This document shows, one piece after another, positions 10,253-19,610 of a DNA stretch of 248,000 nucleotides; the first letter of the stretch is position 1, and every line of letters starts with the position of its first letter. The translations under genes were made by a program, and so were the position numbers. This stretch comes from Hyalangium minutum (lineage in GTDB: Bacteria; Myxococcota; Myxococcia; Myxococcales; Myxococcaceae): contig NZ_JMCB01000001.1 of NCBI RefSeq assembly GCF_000737315.1, positions 20,001 to 268,000 of the forward strand, read 5' to 3'. The notes beneath the pieces were generated by a model. That model did no database searches, had not been told where the DNA came from, and saw nothing but the letters and a program-made list of their open reading frames with translations.

Positions 10253-11305
10253 ATGCGCCTGACCCGAGTCCTCTGCGCCCTTCCCCTCGTCACCGCCGTC
10301 GCCTGCCTCTCCACGCCCCCCGTGCACGATCGGGCGCTGCTCAACAACGAGCTGTGCGTCCAGCAGCTCAACATCAATGACTTGGAGCGCGCCGAGGTCT
10401 ACTGCGATCTGGGCCTGGAGTTCTCGCCCACGTACGCGGACCTGTGGGTGAACAAGGGCCTCATCAAGCTCAAGGCTGGCGACACGGGCAAGGCCAAGGA
10501 ATTCTTCATCAAGGCGCTGCGCTACAACAACGAGCAGGCCCAGGCCTACCAGAACCTCGGCTACATCTACCTGCAGGAGGGCGCTTACGGGAAGGCGCAC
10601 GACAACTTCCAGCGCGCCCTGAAGGTGAACCCGGACTATCTCGAGGCCCGCTACAACCTGGGCCTGGCCTACCTGAAGATGGAGAAGAACGAGCAGGCCA
10701 AGAAGGAGTTCCGCACCATCATCGCGGTGGACCCGAACATCGCGGACGCGCACCACAGCCTGGGCGTGCTGGCCTACAGCGAGGGCAAGTTCGAGGAGGC
10801 CGCCGAGCACATCGGCCGCGCCGTGCAGCTGTCTCCGGACGTGGCCTCCTTCTGGCACGACTACGGCGCCACCCTCATGGAGCTCGCCCGCTTCGCCGAG
10901 GCCAAGGACGCCTTCGCCACCTGCGTCACCCTGGACCAGAAGAACCCCCAGTGCCTCAACAACCTGGCCATTGCGCAGCGCAAGGCGGCCCTGACGGACT
11001 CGGCCTTCAAGGAGATCAAGGACACCAACACGGCGGAGAACACCCCCGCCTCGCTCTACGTGCTGGCCAAGCAGCAGGCCGAGCAGGGCCTGGTGGACCA
11101 GGAGGAGCGCACCTACAAGAAGTGTGTCCGGCTGGATGGCAAGTACGCTCCCTGCCACTACGGCCTCTTCAAGATCTACGCTGACGCGAAGAAGAAGGAC
11201 GCCGCCACCATTGCCTGCAAGAACTTCCTCAAGTACGGCACCGCAGACGAGTTCCCCAGCGAGATTGAAACGTGCGAGAAGTACCTGAGCGACGGCACCT
11301 TCTGA
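10253..11305 (+). CDS. TPR-repeat lipoprotein
   Basis: lipobox AVAC; repeated NLG/A.YNLG TPR motifs. Confidence 0.8.
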   Translation: MRLTRVLCALPLVTAVACLSTPPVHDRALLNNELCVQQLNINDLERAEVYCDLGLEFSPTYADLWVNKGLIKLKAGDTGKAKEFFIKALRYNNEQAQAYQNLGYIYLQEGAYGKAHDNFQRALKVNPDYLEARYNLGLAYLKMEKNEQAKKEFRTIIAVDPNIADAHHSLGVLAYSEGKFEEAAEHIGRAVQLSPDVASFWHDYGATLMELARFAEAKDAFATCVTLDQKNPQCLNNLAIAQRKAALTDSAFKEIKDTNTAENTPASLYVLAKQQAEQGLVDQEERTYKKCVRLDGKYAPCHYGLFKIYADAKKKDAATIACKNFLKYGTADEFPSEIETCEKYLSDGTF

Positions 11306-11358
11306 CCCTTTGACCTTCTGGTTCCTTCTCCCTTCCCCCTTCTCTTGATGCCCTGGCG

Positions 11359-12483
11359 ATGAGCGTCCGGCTGACCGTCACCCAGCGCAGCGAGGCTGGC
11401 AGCTCTGCCAAGCCTGCGGAGCACGTCCTCGACGAGGCCTCCATCACCCTGGGCCGCGACAAGGGCTGCCAGGTGGTGCTCGCGCAGCAGGCCGTGTCCC
11501 GCAACCACGCGCGCATCTCCCAGGAGGGCAACCTCTTCTTCCTGGAGGATCTGGGCAGCGCCTACGGCACCCAGATCAACGGCAAGCCCCTGCCCAAGGG
11601 CGAGAAGCACCGCCTGCGCAACGGGGACGTCATCGCCATCGCGCAGTTCGACGTGACGTTCACCCACGTGGCGGACCTGCCCGTGGACAGCGGAGGGCGC
11701 TCGGACAAGACGTCCTTCGTGGCGCGCAGCCTGGTGAAGGACGCGGTGCGCGGCATCAAGAGCGGCGAGGGCCCCTACTTCCGGGTCATGAATGGCCCTC
11801 GAGAGAGCGAGCGCATCGAGATCAGCGACGCCCAGGAGCTCATCATCGGGCGTGACGAGACGGCCGACGTCGTCTTCAAGGATGACCTCATCTCCCGGCG
11901 GCACGTGAAGATCCGGCGCGACTGGGCCGGCACTCACGTGGAGGACCTGGGCAGCCGCAACGGCATCAAGGTCAACAAGAAGAAGATCAACCGCAAGACG
12001 CTCAAGGACAGCGACGAGCTCGAGGTGGGCAACATCCGCCTGCTCTACGTGGACCCCTCGGACTTGCCCGAGCCCGCGGTGGACATTCCGGACTCTCCCG
12101 TCGATGACGGAGGCGGGGACGACGACGACGACGAGCACACGCAGAGCATCCCCGCGGGCCGCGTCGGCTCCCGGCGCGCCAAGCCCAAGGAAGAGGAGCC
12201 GCCCCAGGAGGAGCCGCCCAAGGAAGAGCCGCCCCAGGAGGAACCTCCCAAGGAGGAGGCCGCTCCGGAGCCCGCTCCCGAGCCTCCTGCGCCCGAGCCC
12301 GAGCCCGAGCCCGAGCAACCCCGTCCCATCCCCCAGAGGTCCTACGCCGCCAGCGTGGACGATGACGGTGGCGGGGGCGGCGGCGGCGGGTTCGACAAGC
12401 AGAAGATGGTGCCCCTGGTGGTAATGGGTGTGTTCGCCCTGTTCGCCATCGGCCTGATCATCGCGGTGCTGGCCGGAGCCTGA
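11359..12483 (+). CDS. Double FHA-domain membrane protein (SctD-like)
   Basis: two GR...SR.H...DLGS.NG FHA motifs, acidic Pro linker, C-terminal TM; adjacent to sctV. Confidence 0.75.
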   Translation: MSVRLTVTQRSEAGSSAKPAEHVLDEASITLGRDKGCQVVLAQQAVSRNHARISQEGNLFFLEDLGSAYGTQINGKPLPKGEKHRLRNGDVIAIAQFDVTFTHVADLPVDSGGRSDKTSFVARSLVKDAVRGIKSGEGPYFRVMNGPRESERIEISDAQELIIGRDETADVVFKDDLISRRHVKIRRDWAGTHVEDLGSRNGIKVNKKKINRKTLKDSDELEVGNIRLLYVDPSDLPEPAVDIPDSPVDDGGGDDDDDEHTQSIPAGRVGSRRAKPKEEEPPQEEPPKEEPPQEEPPKEEAAPEPAPEPPAPEPEPEPEQPRPIPQRSYAASVDDDGGGGGGGGFDKQKMVPLVVMGVFALFAIGLIIAVLAGA

Positions 12484-12536
12484 GCAGACGCTCCAGCCGC
12501 ACGAGCCCCCCTCAGCCTCTCCCCTCCCCCACGAAC

Positions 12537-12575
12537 GAAAAAGCCCCCTCTGCCGGAGCAGAGAGGGCCTTTGCC
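12537..12575. terminator. Intrinsic terminator between the convergent FHA gene and sctV
   Basis: aaaaagccccctctgc-cgga-gcagagagggccttt hairpin. Confidence 0.6.
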
Positions 12576-12603
12576 GGGGCTCCCCGAAGGGAGGGGCCTG
12601 CGG

Positions 12604-14736
12604 CTAGCGCGTGGAGATGCGGGCCACGGGCTGGATGTTGAGGTCCGGAGCGAGCTCCTGGTAGCTGAGCACGGAGAACGGCGGGTTGAACTCGAACTCG
12701 AGCAGCTTGCGGACGTAGCGCCGGATGTCCATGGCGGTGAGGATGACGGGGCGCTGCGCGCTGGGCGGCAGGTGGCCACACTCGGACTTGACGGCCTGGA
12801 CGATCTCCTGGGCCAGCTCCGGCTCCAGGGCCAGGTGGGTGCCCGCCGAGGTGCGCTTGATGGAGCCGCGGATGGCCTCCTCGATCTGCGGATCCAGCAG
12901 GTAGACGACCAGGGTGCCGGTACCGCGCGCGTACTTGTGCGAGATGTACCGCCGCAGCGAGGCGCGCACGTGCTCGGTGAGCATCACGTTGTCGGCCTCC
13001 ACTTGGCCGTACTCGGCCAGGGACTGGAGGATGCCGCGCAAGTCGCGCACGGAGATCTCCTCCTCCACGAGCCGCTGGAGGATGTCCGTGAGCTTGAGCA
13101 CGTTGACGACCTTCGGCACCACCTCTTTGACGATGGCGGGGAAGGCCTTCTCCAGCTGGTCCAGCATCGTCTGCGACTCCTGGACGCCCACGAACTCGCG
13201 GGCGTTGCGGCGCAGGATGGCGGCCAAGTGGAGGATGATGTAGCCGGGCACGTCCCAGGTGGTGAGGCCGGCGGACTCCAGCGTCTCCTTGTGCTGCTCA
13301 GGGACCCAGGCGGCGGGCTGGCGGGTGGCCGGGTTGATGGCCTCGAAGCCCTGGATGTTCATCAACTTCAGGCGGTCCACCGTGTCGTTCACGAGCACGT
13401 GGCCCAGCGTGGCCTGGCCAGTGACGACAGGCACCTCGTTGATCTGGATCTGGTAAGCGCCGGGCGGGAGGCTCGAGTTACCGCGGGCACGCACGCCCGG
13501 GAAACGCACGCCGAGCTCCACGAAGAGGCCGTCGCGCATGAACGGGATGAGCTCGAAGAGGAACTTCCCGTTGTCCTGGCGCGAGTCCACGTAGGGCACC
13601 AGCGCGTCGCTCACCTCCAGAACAATCGGAGTGACGACGGGGACGAAGAGCTCGGAGTCCGGGTTGATGGGCTCCTTGGGCGCGGGCTCGGTGGCGGCGG
13701 GGGTGCCGTTATCCGAGGTGGTGGTAGGAGCCAGGCCGCCGCCGCCCTCCTCCGCCACCGTCTCCTCCTGCTGCTTCTTGAGCATCTTCCAGGCGCCGAA
13801 GGCCGCGCCGCCGCCCAGCACCGTGAAGGGGATGCCGGGCAGACCGGGGATGATGGCCATCACCAGGAGCATGCCACCTGCGATGGCGATGGCCTTCGGG
13901 TACGCGGTCAGCTGCGTGCCCACGTCCTTGCCGAGGTGGTTACCCTCCTCCTCGCCGCCCACGCGCGTCACGATGATACCGGCGCAGGTGGAGATGAGGA
14001 TGGCGGGGATCATGCCCACCAGACCGTCACCGATGGTGAGCAGCGCGTACTTCTGCGCGGCCGCGCCCACGTCCATGCCCTTCTGCATCACACCGATGAT
14101 GAGGCCACCGACGATGTTGATGACGGTGATGATGATGGAGGCAATCGCGTCGCCCTTGACGAACTTCATGGCGCCGTCCATGGCGCCGAACAGCTGGCTC
14201 TCGCGCTCCAGGTCGCGGCGCTTCTTCTTGCCCACCTCCAGATCGATGGAGCCGGCGCGGAGGTCCGCGTCGATGGACATCTGCTTGCCGGGCATGGCGT
14301 CCAGGGTGAAGCGGGCGGCCACTTCGGCCACGCGCTCCGAGCCCTTGGAGATCACGATGAAGTTCACCACCGTGAGGATGACGAAGATGATGGCACCGAC
14401 GACGAAGTTGCCCTGAACCACGAACTTACCGAAGGCGACCACCACCTCACCCGGATCGCCCGTGAGCAGAATCAGGCGTGTGGTGGAGATGGTGAGCGAC
14501 AGCCGGTACATCGTGGTGATCAGCAGCAGCGTCGGGAACACCGACAGCTGGAGCGCCGCTGGCACGTAGAGCGAGATGAGCAGCAGCACCACCGAGATGC
14601 TGATGTTGAGCGTCAGCAGCACGTCCAACAGGTGGGTGGGCAGCGGGACGATCATCATCCCGACGATGGCCACCACGACCAGCGCGAGGACGATATCGGA
14701 GTACTTGGACAGGAAGCTGTTCGGATTGGCTGACAT
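12604..14736 (-). CDS. sctV: T3SS export gate SctV (FlhA/LcrD family)
   Basis: EVAARFTLDAMPGKQMSIDADL, FGAMDGAMKFVKGDA. Confidence 0.95.
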   Translation of the reverse strand: MSANPNSFLSKYSDIVLALVVVAIVGMMIVPLPTHLLDVLLTLNISISVVLLLISLYVPAALQLSVFPTLLLITTMYRLSLTISTTRLILLTGDPGEVVVAFGKFVVQGNFVVGAIIFVILTVVNFIVISKGSERVAEVAARFTLDAMPGKQMSIDADLRAGSIDLEVGKKKRRDLERESQLFGAMDGAMKFVKGDAIASIIITVINIVGGLIIGVMQKGMDVGAAAQKYALLTIGDGLVGMIPAILISTCAGIIVTRVGGEEEGNHLGKDVGTQLTAYPKAIAIAGGMLLVMAIIPGLPGIPFTVLGGGAAFGAWKMLKKQQEETVAEEGGGGLAPTTTSDNGTPAATEPAPKEPINPDSELFVPVVTPIVLEVSDALVPYVDSRQDNGKFLFELIPFMRDGLFVELGVRFPGVRARGNSSLPPGAYQIQINEVPVVTGQATLGHVLVNDTVDRLKLMNIQGFEAINPATRQPAAWVPEQHKETLESAGLTTWDVPGYIILHLAAILRRNAREFVGVQESQTMLDQLEKAFPAIVKEVVPKVVNVLKLTDILQRLVEEEISVRDLRGILQSLAEYGQVEADNVMLTEHVRASLRRYISHKYARGTGTLVVYLLDPQIEEAIRGSIKRTSAGTHLALEPELAQEIVQAVKSECGHLPPSAQRPVILTAMDIRRYVRKLLEFEFNPPFSVLSYQELAPDLNIQPVARISTR

Positions 14737-14838
14737 CGGCGGGGCCATCCTAGTCTGCCGTGGTGCCCAGGCCCAAGCCCCCGTGCCGGACCCTCCGTCC
14801 CCCCCCGTCACCGGACTGTTTGTGGTAGGACTGCGGCA

Positions 14839-15786
14839 ATGGTGCCCGAACCGCCCTCGCCCACCCGTGGCCCTGTCCCCACGTATGGCTGGCGCGTCGC
14901 GTTGTTGACCAGCTCCTCAGACGTGGTGCACCTCATCTCCGAGGCCATGCGCGCTCGGAACCACGAGCTGGTGGCGGTGGTCCTCCCCTGCGGCCCGGAT
15001 GGGCTCCGGCCCCAGAACGCCCTTGCCTGGTCGCTCATGCACCATGCAGTCCAGGCCTCGCCTCCTCTGGCCGATGTGCTGGTGGCCAGCCGAAGGGACC
15101 GGCTCGCGCCGCTGCTGCAGTCGGTGAAGCCGGACCTGCTCATCAGCTTCTTCTTCCCGTGGCGGATCCCCTCGGAGGCGCTGGCGGTGCCGTCGCTGGG
15201 CGCCGTCAACCTCCACCCCTCGCTGCTGCCTCGCTACCGCGGCCCCAATCCGCTGGGCTGGACCCTGCGCAACGATGAACCGGAGATGGGCCTGAGCATC
15301 CACCGGATGGACGCTCAGTTCGACACCGGGCCGGTGCTGGCACAGGCGCGGCGCCCCATCAGCGACTCGGACACGGTGGAGAGCCTCTTCGAGCAGCAGA
15401 TGAACATGGCCTGGGAGCTGCTCCCGGAGATGATCACCCGCGTGGCGTGGGGCGACGTGGGCGAGGCGCAGCCGGAAGCCCAGGCCACCCAAGCGGGCCA
15501 CTTCGAGCCCGCTTACCGAGAGCTGGACTGGAGCCAGCCCGCGCGCGCGATCCACGTCCAGGTGAGAGCCTGCCGAGTTGCCTCGTGGCGAGGGGGCAAG
15601 CCCTCCTACGCCTACGGCCAGCTCGGCGGGCGGAAGCTCCACGTGCTGAGCACCCGTCTGGCGGAGAGCGGCGGCACGACGACAGCAGCTCCCGGCACGG
15701 TCCTCGCGCGCGACGGCGAGACGCTTCTCATGCAGTGTGGAGACGCGCCCCTCTGGGTGCTCCAGACGGAGCCCTTCCAGGCCTGA
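14839..15786 (+). CDS. Methionyl-tRNA formyltransferase-like protein
   Basis: NLHPSLLPRYRGPNP, SIHRMDAQFDTGP. Confidence 0.8.
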   Translation: MVPEPPSPTRGPVPTYGWRVALLTSSSDVVHLISEAMRARNHELVAVVLPCGPDGLRPQNALAWSLMHHAVQASPPLADVLVASRRDRLAPLLQSVKPDLLISFFFPWRIPSEALAVPSLGAVNLHPSLLPRYRGPNPLGWTLRNDEPEMGLSIHRMDAQFDTGPVLAQARRPISDSDTVESLFEQQMNMAWELLPEMITRVAWGDVGEAQPEAQATQAGHFEPAYRELDWSQPARAIHVQVRACRVASWRGGKPSYAYGQLGGRKLHVLSTRLAESGGTTTAAPGTVLARDGETLLMQCGDAPLWVLQTEPFQA

Positions 15787-15803
15787 GCTCCGCGAGGAGC
15801 GCC

Positions 15804-16571
15804 TCAGCGCCGCTTGCGCTCCTGCTCCTCCTCGACCTGCTCCAGGAGATACTGGGCGCGCTGGACCAGGGGACTGCCAGCGGTTCCGGCATCCAGCACC
15901 GTGTGCAGATCCTCCACCGCCAGCAGGAGGTCGCCGCGCCACATGCGGGCCTCGCCCCTGCACACCCGGGCCATGAGGTCCATGGCGTCCAGAGAGAGCG
16001 CCTCCTCGAAGAAGACGAGGGCCTTGTCCGTGGAGCCCTGCGCCATATAGGTGGCGCCCAGCTGGGTGAACACGGGACCGGTGGCCACGCCCATCGTCAC
16101 CAGCCGCTCCAGGATGAGCTGGGCCTCCTCGAGCTGGTCCTCGGTGATGAGGCGGCGCGCTGTGGCCAGGCGCTCGGCGACGGAGCCTTGGGCAGGCTGT
16201 GCCCCCGCGGGCGTCTTCTCCCGGGCCCCCGAGCCCTTCCGAGGCGAGCGGGCCGAAGCCCTCCTCCCAAAGGACGCTTCTTCGGCCTTCTCGGAGACGG
16301 CGGCCCGGCTCTTGGGCCGGGGCCCGAGCGGCGAGCTCTGCGCGGGCTGCGCGGCGGCGCCCCCCAACCGGGGCTCGATGGGAATCTCGGGCAGCGTGGG
16401 GTGCTCCGCCATCGACGCTCTGGGAATCTCGGGCACCGTGGGGTGCTCGGCCATGGACACTTCGCTCGGGCGCTGGGCAGGGGTCCCCCCGCGCACGGAG
16501 CGCTTCTCGAAGTGGTGGATCTTCACGGGGGCAGGGGGTGATTTCCTGCCCGACCCCTGAGAGTTGGCCAT
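15804..16571 (-). CDS. TPR protein with disordered N-terminus
   Basis: C-terminal TPR helices. Confidence 0.6.
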   Translation of the reverse strand: MANSQGSGRKSPPAPVKIHHFEKRSVRGGTPAQRPSEVSMAEHPTVPEIPRASMAEHPTLPEIPIEPRLGGAAAQPAQSSPLGPRPKSRAAVSEKAEEASFGRRASARSPRKGSGAREKTPAGAQPAQGSVAERLATARRLITEDQLEEAQLILERLVTMGVATGPVFTQLGATYMAQGSTDKALVFFEEALSLDAMDLMARVCRGEARMWRGDLLLAVEDLHTVLDAGTAGSPLVQRAQYLLEQVEEEQERKRR

Positions 16572-16607
16572 GGTTCCTTCAGGCGCCGGGCGACCAGCGC
16601 CGGCGGC

Positions 16608-17075
16608 CTACTTCTTCAATTCCGCGGGCGCGCTGCGCTGGGCGGCTTCGATGGTCTCGATGGCCGCGGCGGCCAGCAGGCGCGCTCGCATGGTGAGCGG
16701 ATCCTTGTTCTCCGGATCCAGATCGACCGCTCGGGCAAAGTCCTGAGCGGCCTCCATGATGTTGCCCAGGCGCAGGTGCACCTCGCCCCGGTTGACCAGC
16801 GCCGCCGAGTCCTTCGGGTTGAGCTTCAGCGCCTCGTCAAAGGCCTCCAAGGCCGCATCCAGCTCGTCCTCGGCCAGATAGATGGCGCCCAGGGCGGTCC
16901 GGTAATAGGCCTCCAGGGGGTCCTGCTGCGCCAGCTCCTCGAAAATGAGCCGAGCCTCTGGATAGTCGCCCTCCTCATAGAGGCGGAAGCCCTCCATGGC
17001 CCGCTCGAGCAACTCGGGGGAGGACAACGTATTCGCCTCCTCGTTTGCGACCATCGCCTTGGATTCCGTCGTCAT
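16608..17075 (-). CDS. TPR chaperone-like protein (SycD/LcrH-like)
   Basis: TPR motifs, acidic, small, inside the T3SS cluster. Confidence 0.7.
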   Translation of the reverse strand: MTTESKAMVANEEANTLSSPELLERAMEGFRLYEEGDYPEARLIFEELAQQDPLEAYYRTALGAIYLAEDELDAALEAFDEALKLNPKDSAALVNRGEVHLRLGNIMEAAQDFARAVDLDPENKDPLTMRARLLAAAAIETIEAAQRSAPAELKK

Positions 17076-17220
17076 CTGCGCGGGTACCTGGGGTAGGAGC
17101 GCCGCTGCGGGCTGTCACCGAGCGGCCGGAGTCTAGCCCGCAGGCGCGCCAACAACCAAGGAGGGTGATCAATCCAAGAGGGCCCCCTCCCGATGCCCAG
17201 GGGGCCCGGGGGGGGCCCCT

Positions 17221-17280
17221 GAAACGAAACCGGCCCCGCGGAAGGACCCTGGCTCCAGGTCCTCGCGAGGCCGGCTCCGG
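17221..17280 (-). terminator. Terminator of needle-like gene copy 1
   Basis: ccggcc..cgcgga-aggacc..ggtcct-cgcg..ggccgg hairpin followed by a U-rich tract on the minus strand. Confidence 0.65.
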
Positions 17281-17311
17281 CCTACTGCCCAGACGGCTGC
17301 CTGGCTTACAA

Positions 17312-17539
17312 CTACACCGCCAGGTTCTGGATGACGCTCTTGCTCATCTCGTGCAGCGCCTTCATCATCGTCGTCGCCAGCTGCACCATCTCCTGCATCC
17401 GCTGCATCTCGGACTGAACCTTCAGAAGGTTCTTCTGCTCCGCGGGGATGTTCTGGTTGTCGATCCACGAGTTCATCGTGCCGACGTTGCTGTTGATGGT
17501 GCCAGAGAAGTTGTTGAAAACGCCACCGAGGCTGGACAT
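17312..17539 (-). CDS. Putative T3SS needle/filament subunit, copy 1 (75 aa)
   Basis: MSSLGG...LLKVQSEMQRMQEMVQLATTMMKALHEMSKSVIQNLAV; helical hairpin size and K..H/D...IQN ending resemble SctF. Confidence 0.6.
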   Translation of the reverse strand: MSSLGGVFNNFSGTINSNVGTMNSWIDNQNIPAEQKNLLKVQSEMQRMQEMVQLATTMMKALHEMSKSVIQNLAV

Positions 17540-17600
17540 GACGAACTCCTTGAGACGGACGGGGTAGGGAGGGTGAACCGCGAAGCAGCTTACACCTGGA

Positions 17601-17627
17601 TTATCGGTTCTGGGCAGAGGGAGTTTC
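17601..17627 (-). promoter_or_regulatory. Sigma28-like promoter
   Basis: minus strand GAAACTC-N13-CCGATAA. Confidence 0.7.
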
Positions 17628-17739
17628 CTGGAATTTTCCGGATCATTTCCAGGCATTGAAGCGTCCCCTCCCCTGCCTGGCCTACCCCCTGCCACTCATG
17701 AACTGCCGCAGGGCCCTACCTGAACTAGGATGGGGGGAC

Positions 17740-18351
17740 ATGGACCTCTCCCAGGCGAAGGACATCTTCCAGCGGCTCTACCAGGACCTGTCGGGTTACG
17801 AGACGGCCCAGCGGGAGAAGGAGCGGTTGGGACGGGGGGATCAGTCCACCACCTATGGAGAGATCCTCCCCGAGAGCTTCGTGGAGCTGATGGCTGCGGC
17901 CTCCCCCACCGAGGGTGACGTGTTCATTGATCTGGGCTCCGGCACGGGCAAGGCGACCTTCATGGCGGCCCTCAGCTTTCCGCTCAGCAAGTCCATGGGG
18001 GTGGAGCTGCTCCCTGGGCTGGGGGATCTGGCGCGCGAGCGGCTGGCCGTCTACGACTCCGAGTTCCGTCCCCACCTGCCCGAGCAGCACCAGCGCCAGC
18101 GCATCGAGTTCATCGACGGAGACCTGACGGAGCAGGATCTCTCGGGCGTGGACATCGTCTTCGCGCACGCCACCTGCTTCCCGCCGGAGCTGATCGCCCA
18201 GCTGGGCAAGAAGCTCGAGGAACTCAAGCCGGGGGCCCGGGTCATTGTCGCGGGGAACACGCTCAACACGCCGGCCCTCAAGTTCCTCGCCATGAAGATC
18301 ATGAGGGCGGATTGGGGCACGGCCCTCACCGCGATATACCAGCGCACTTGA
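17740..18351 (+). CDS. DOT1-like class I SAM methyltransferase
   Basis: TYGE motif, FIDLGSGTGK, GVELL. Confidence 0.8.
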   Translation: MDLSQAKDIFQRLYQDLSGYETAQREKERLGRGDQSTTYGEILPESFVELMAAASPTEGDVFIDLGSGTGKATFMAALSFPLSKSMGVELLPGLGDLARERLAVYDSEFRPHLPEQHQRQRIEFIDGDLTEQDLSGVDIVFAHATCFPPELIAQLGKKLEELKPGARVIVAGNTLNTPALKFLAMKIMRADWGTALTAIYQRT

Positions 18352-18395
18352 CCTCAACCCACCGCCACACCGAGTGGCCACCCAGGAGAGAGCCC

Positions 18396-18968
18396 ATGCG
18401 AAGCGCTTCCCTGTCCCGTCTGCTGACCGCCGCCTGTACGGTGGCGATGCTCGGCGCCTGCAACGGTAACTCTGGAGGTACGGGAGGTCCGGGAGGCGAC
18501 GGGAATCCCAACACCAACACGCCCAAGTCGCCCCCGCCCCAGGCGCTCCAGGGCCAGTGGCTCAACGGCACCATCTCTCCTCTGTGGTTCTGGGATGAGA
18601 ACTCGCAGATGGTGCAGAACGGCGGCGGCACGGCCGCGTACTTCGTCTTCAAGCCCGACGGCAGCTACGAGGAGTTCCTCTATGCCAGCTTCACCAGCGG
18701 CGGCTCCTGCCGCTACCTGAGCTGGAGCTCCACGGAGGGCACGGCCACCTTCGAGGACGGCACCTTCCACATCTACCCGACCAAGGGGCGCTCGAAGTAC
18801 TCGGACTGCACCCACGGCAGCGACTTCGACAAGTCGCTCAGCGCGGATGAGCTGAAGAAGGCCCAGAAAGTCTACTACTGGAAGTTCCAGGCGCAGGCGG
18901 ACGGCACGTCGCAGCTGATGATGGGGCCCAACGAGACGAGCCTGAGCGTCTTCCAGAAGGCGCCGTAG
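18396..18968 (+). CDS. Hypothetical lipoprotein
   Basis: lipobox LGAC, Gly-rich linker, beta-rich body. Confidence 0.65.
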   Translation: MRSASLSRLLTAACTVAMLGACNGNSGGTGGPGGDGNPNTNTPKSPPPQALQGQWLNGTISPLWFWDENSQMVQNGGGTAAYFVFKPDGSYEEFLYASFTSGGSCRYLSWSSTEGTATFEDGTFHIYPTKGRSKYSDCTHGSDFDKSLSADELKKAQKVYYWKFQAQADGTSQLMMGPNETSLSVFQKAP

Positions 18969-19018
18969 CCGCGGTGCTCCAGGGTTGAGCACCGCGGCCA
19001 CATGCGCGCGGTGCTCCC

Positions 19019-19522
19019 CTACTCCTCGAGGGCCTCGTCGGCCTTCTTCTGCAGCATGGCCAGGGTGGCGCGGGCGCGCTTGGTGGTGTCGCGCTTGGCC
19101 TCCGGGTCCAGCTTCAGGGCAGCGAGGATGTCCTTGAGGGCATCCTCGAGCTTGCCCTCTTGCAGGTACAGCTCGCTGCGGCCCACCAGCGCATCCACGT
19201 TGGCGATGTTGAGCCGCAGGGAGGTGGTGTACTCCTCCAAGGCCTCGGGGAGCTGCTTGAGCTGGTGGTACGCGAACGCCAGATTCACGTGGAAGACGCT
19301 GTCATAGGGCGAGGCGGCCACCAGCCCCAGGAAGATGTCGCGCGCCTTCTCCAGATCGCCCCGCTTGAGCATGTTGTTGCCCATGGTCGCGATCTCATAC
19401 AGCTGCTTCTGCGAGAGCCCCAGGTACTGCGCGGGGGTGATGTCTCCGGCGACGAGCATCTCGCCGAGCTCCTCCTTGCTGGGAGCCTTGGCGCTGCCGG
19501 GCTTCTGCGGCGTGTCACTCAT
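19019..19522 (-). CDS. T3SS class II chaperone-like TPR protein
   Basis: SycD-like TPRs (A...F.GLV...PY). Confidence 0.7.
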   Translation of the reverse strand: MSDTPQKPGSAKAPSKEELGEMLVAGDITPAQYLGLSQKQLYEIATMGNNMLKRGDLEKARDIFLGLVAASPYDSVFHVNLAFAYHQLKQLPEALEEYTTSLRLNIANVDALVGRSELYLQEGKLEDALKDILAALKLDPEAKRDTTKRARATLAMLQKKADEALEE

Positions 19523-19610
19523 GGTTCACCTGGACAAAAAGGCGGGAGGAAGGCGCAGTGGGTTGCGCTCTCCTCCCGCCCGGGAATGAGATGGATTCAG
19601 CCTAGCTCAA

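Noticed and set aside
10253-11305. Tgl pilotin
   Set aside because: It is a TPR lipoprotein but longer than Tgl and does not match the Tgl sequence as I recall it; not next to pilMNOPQ.
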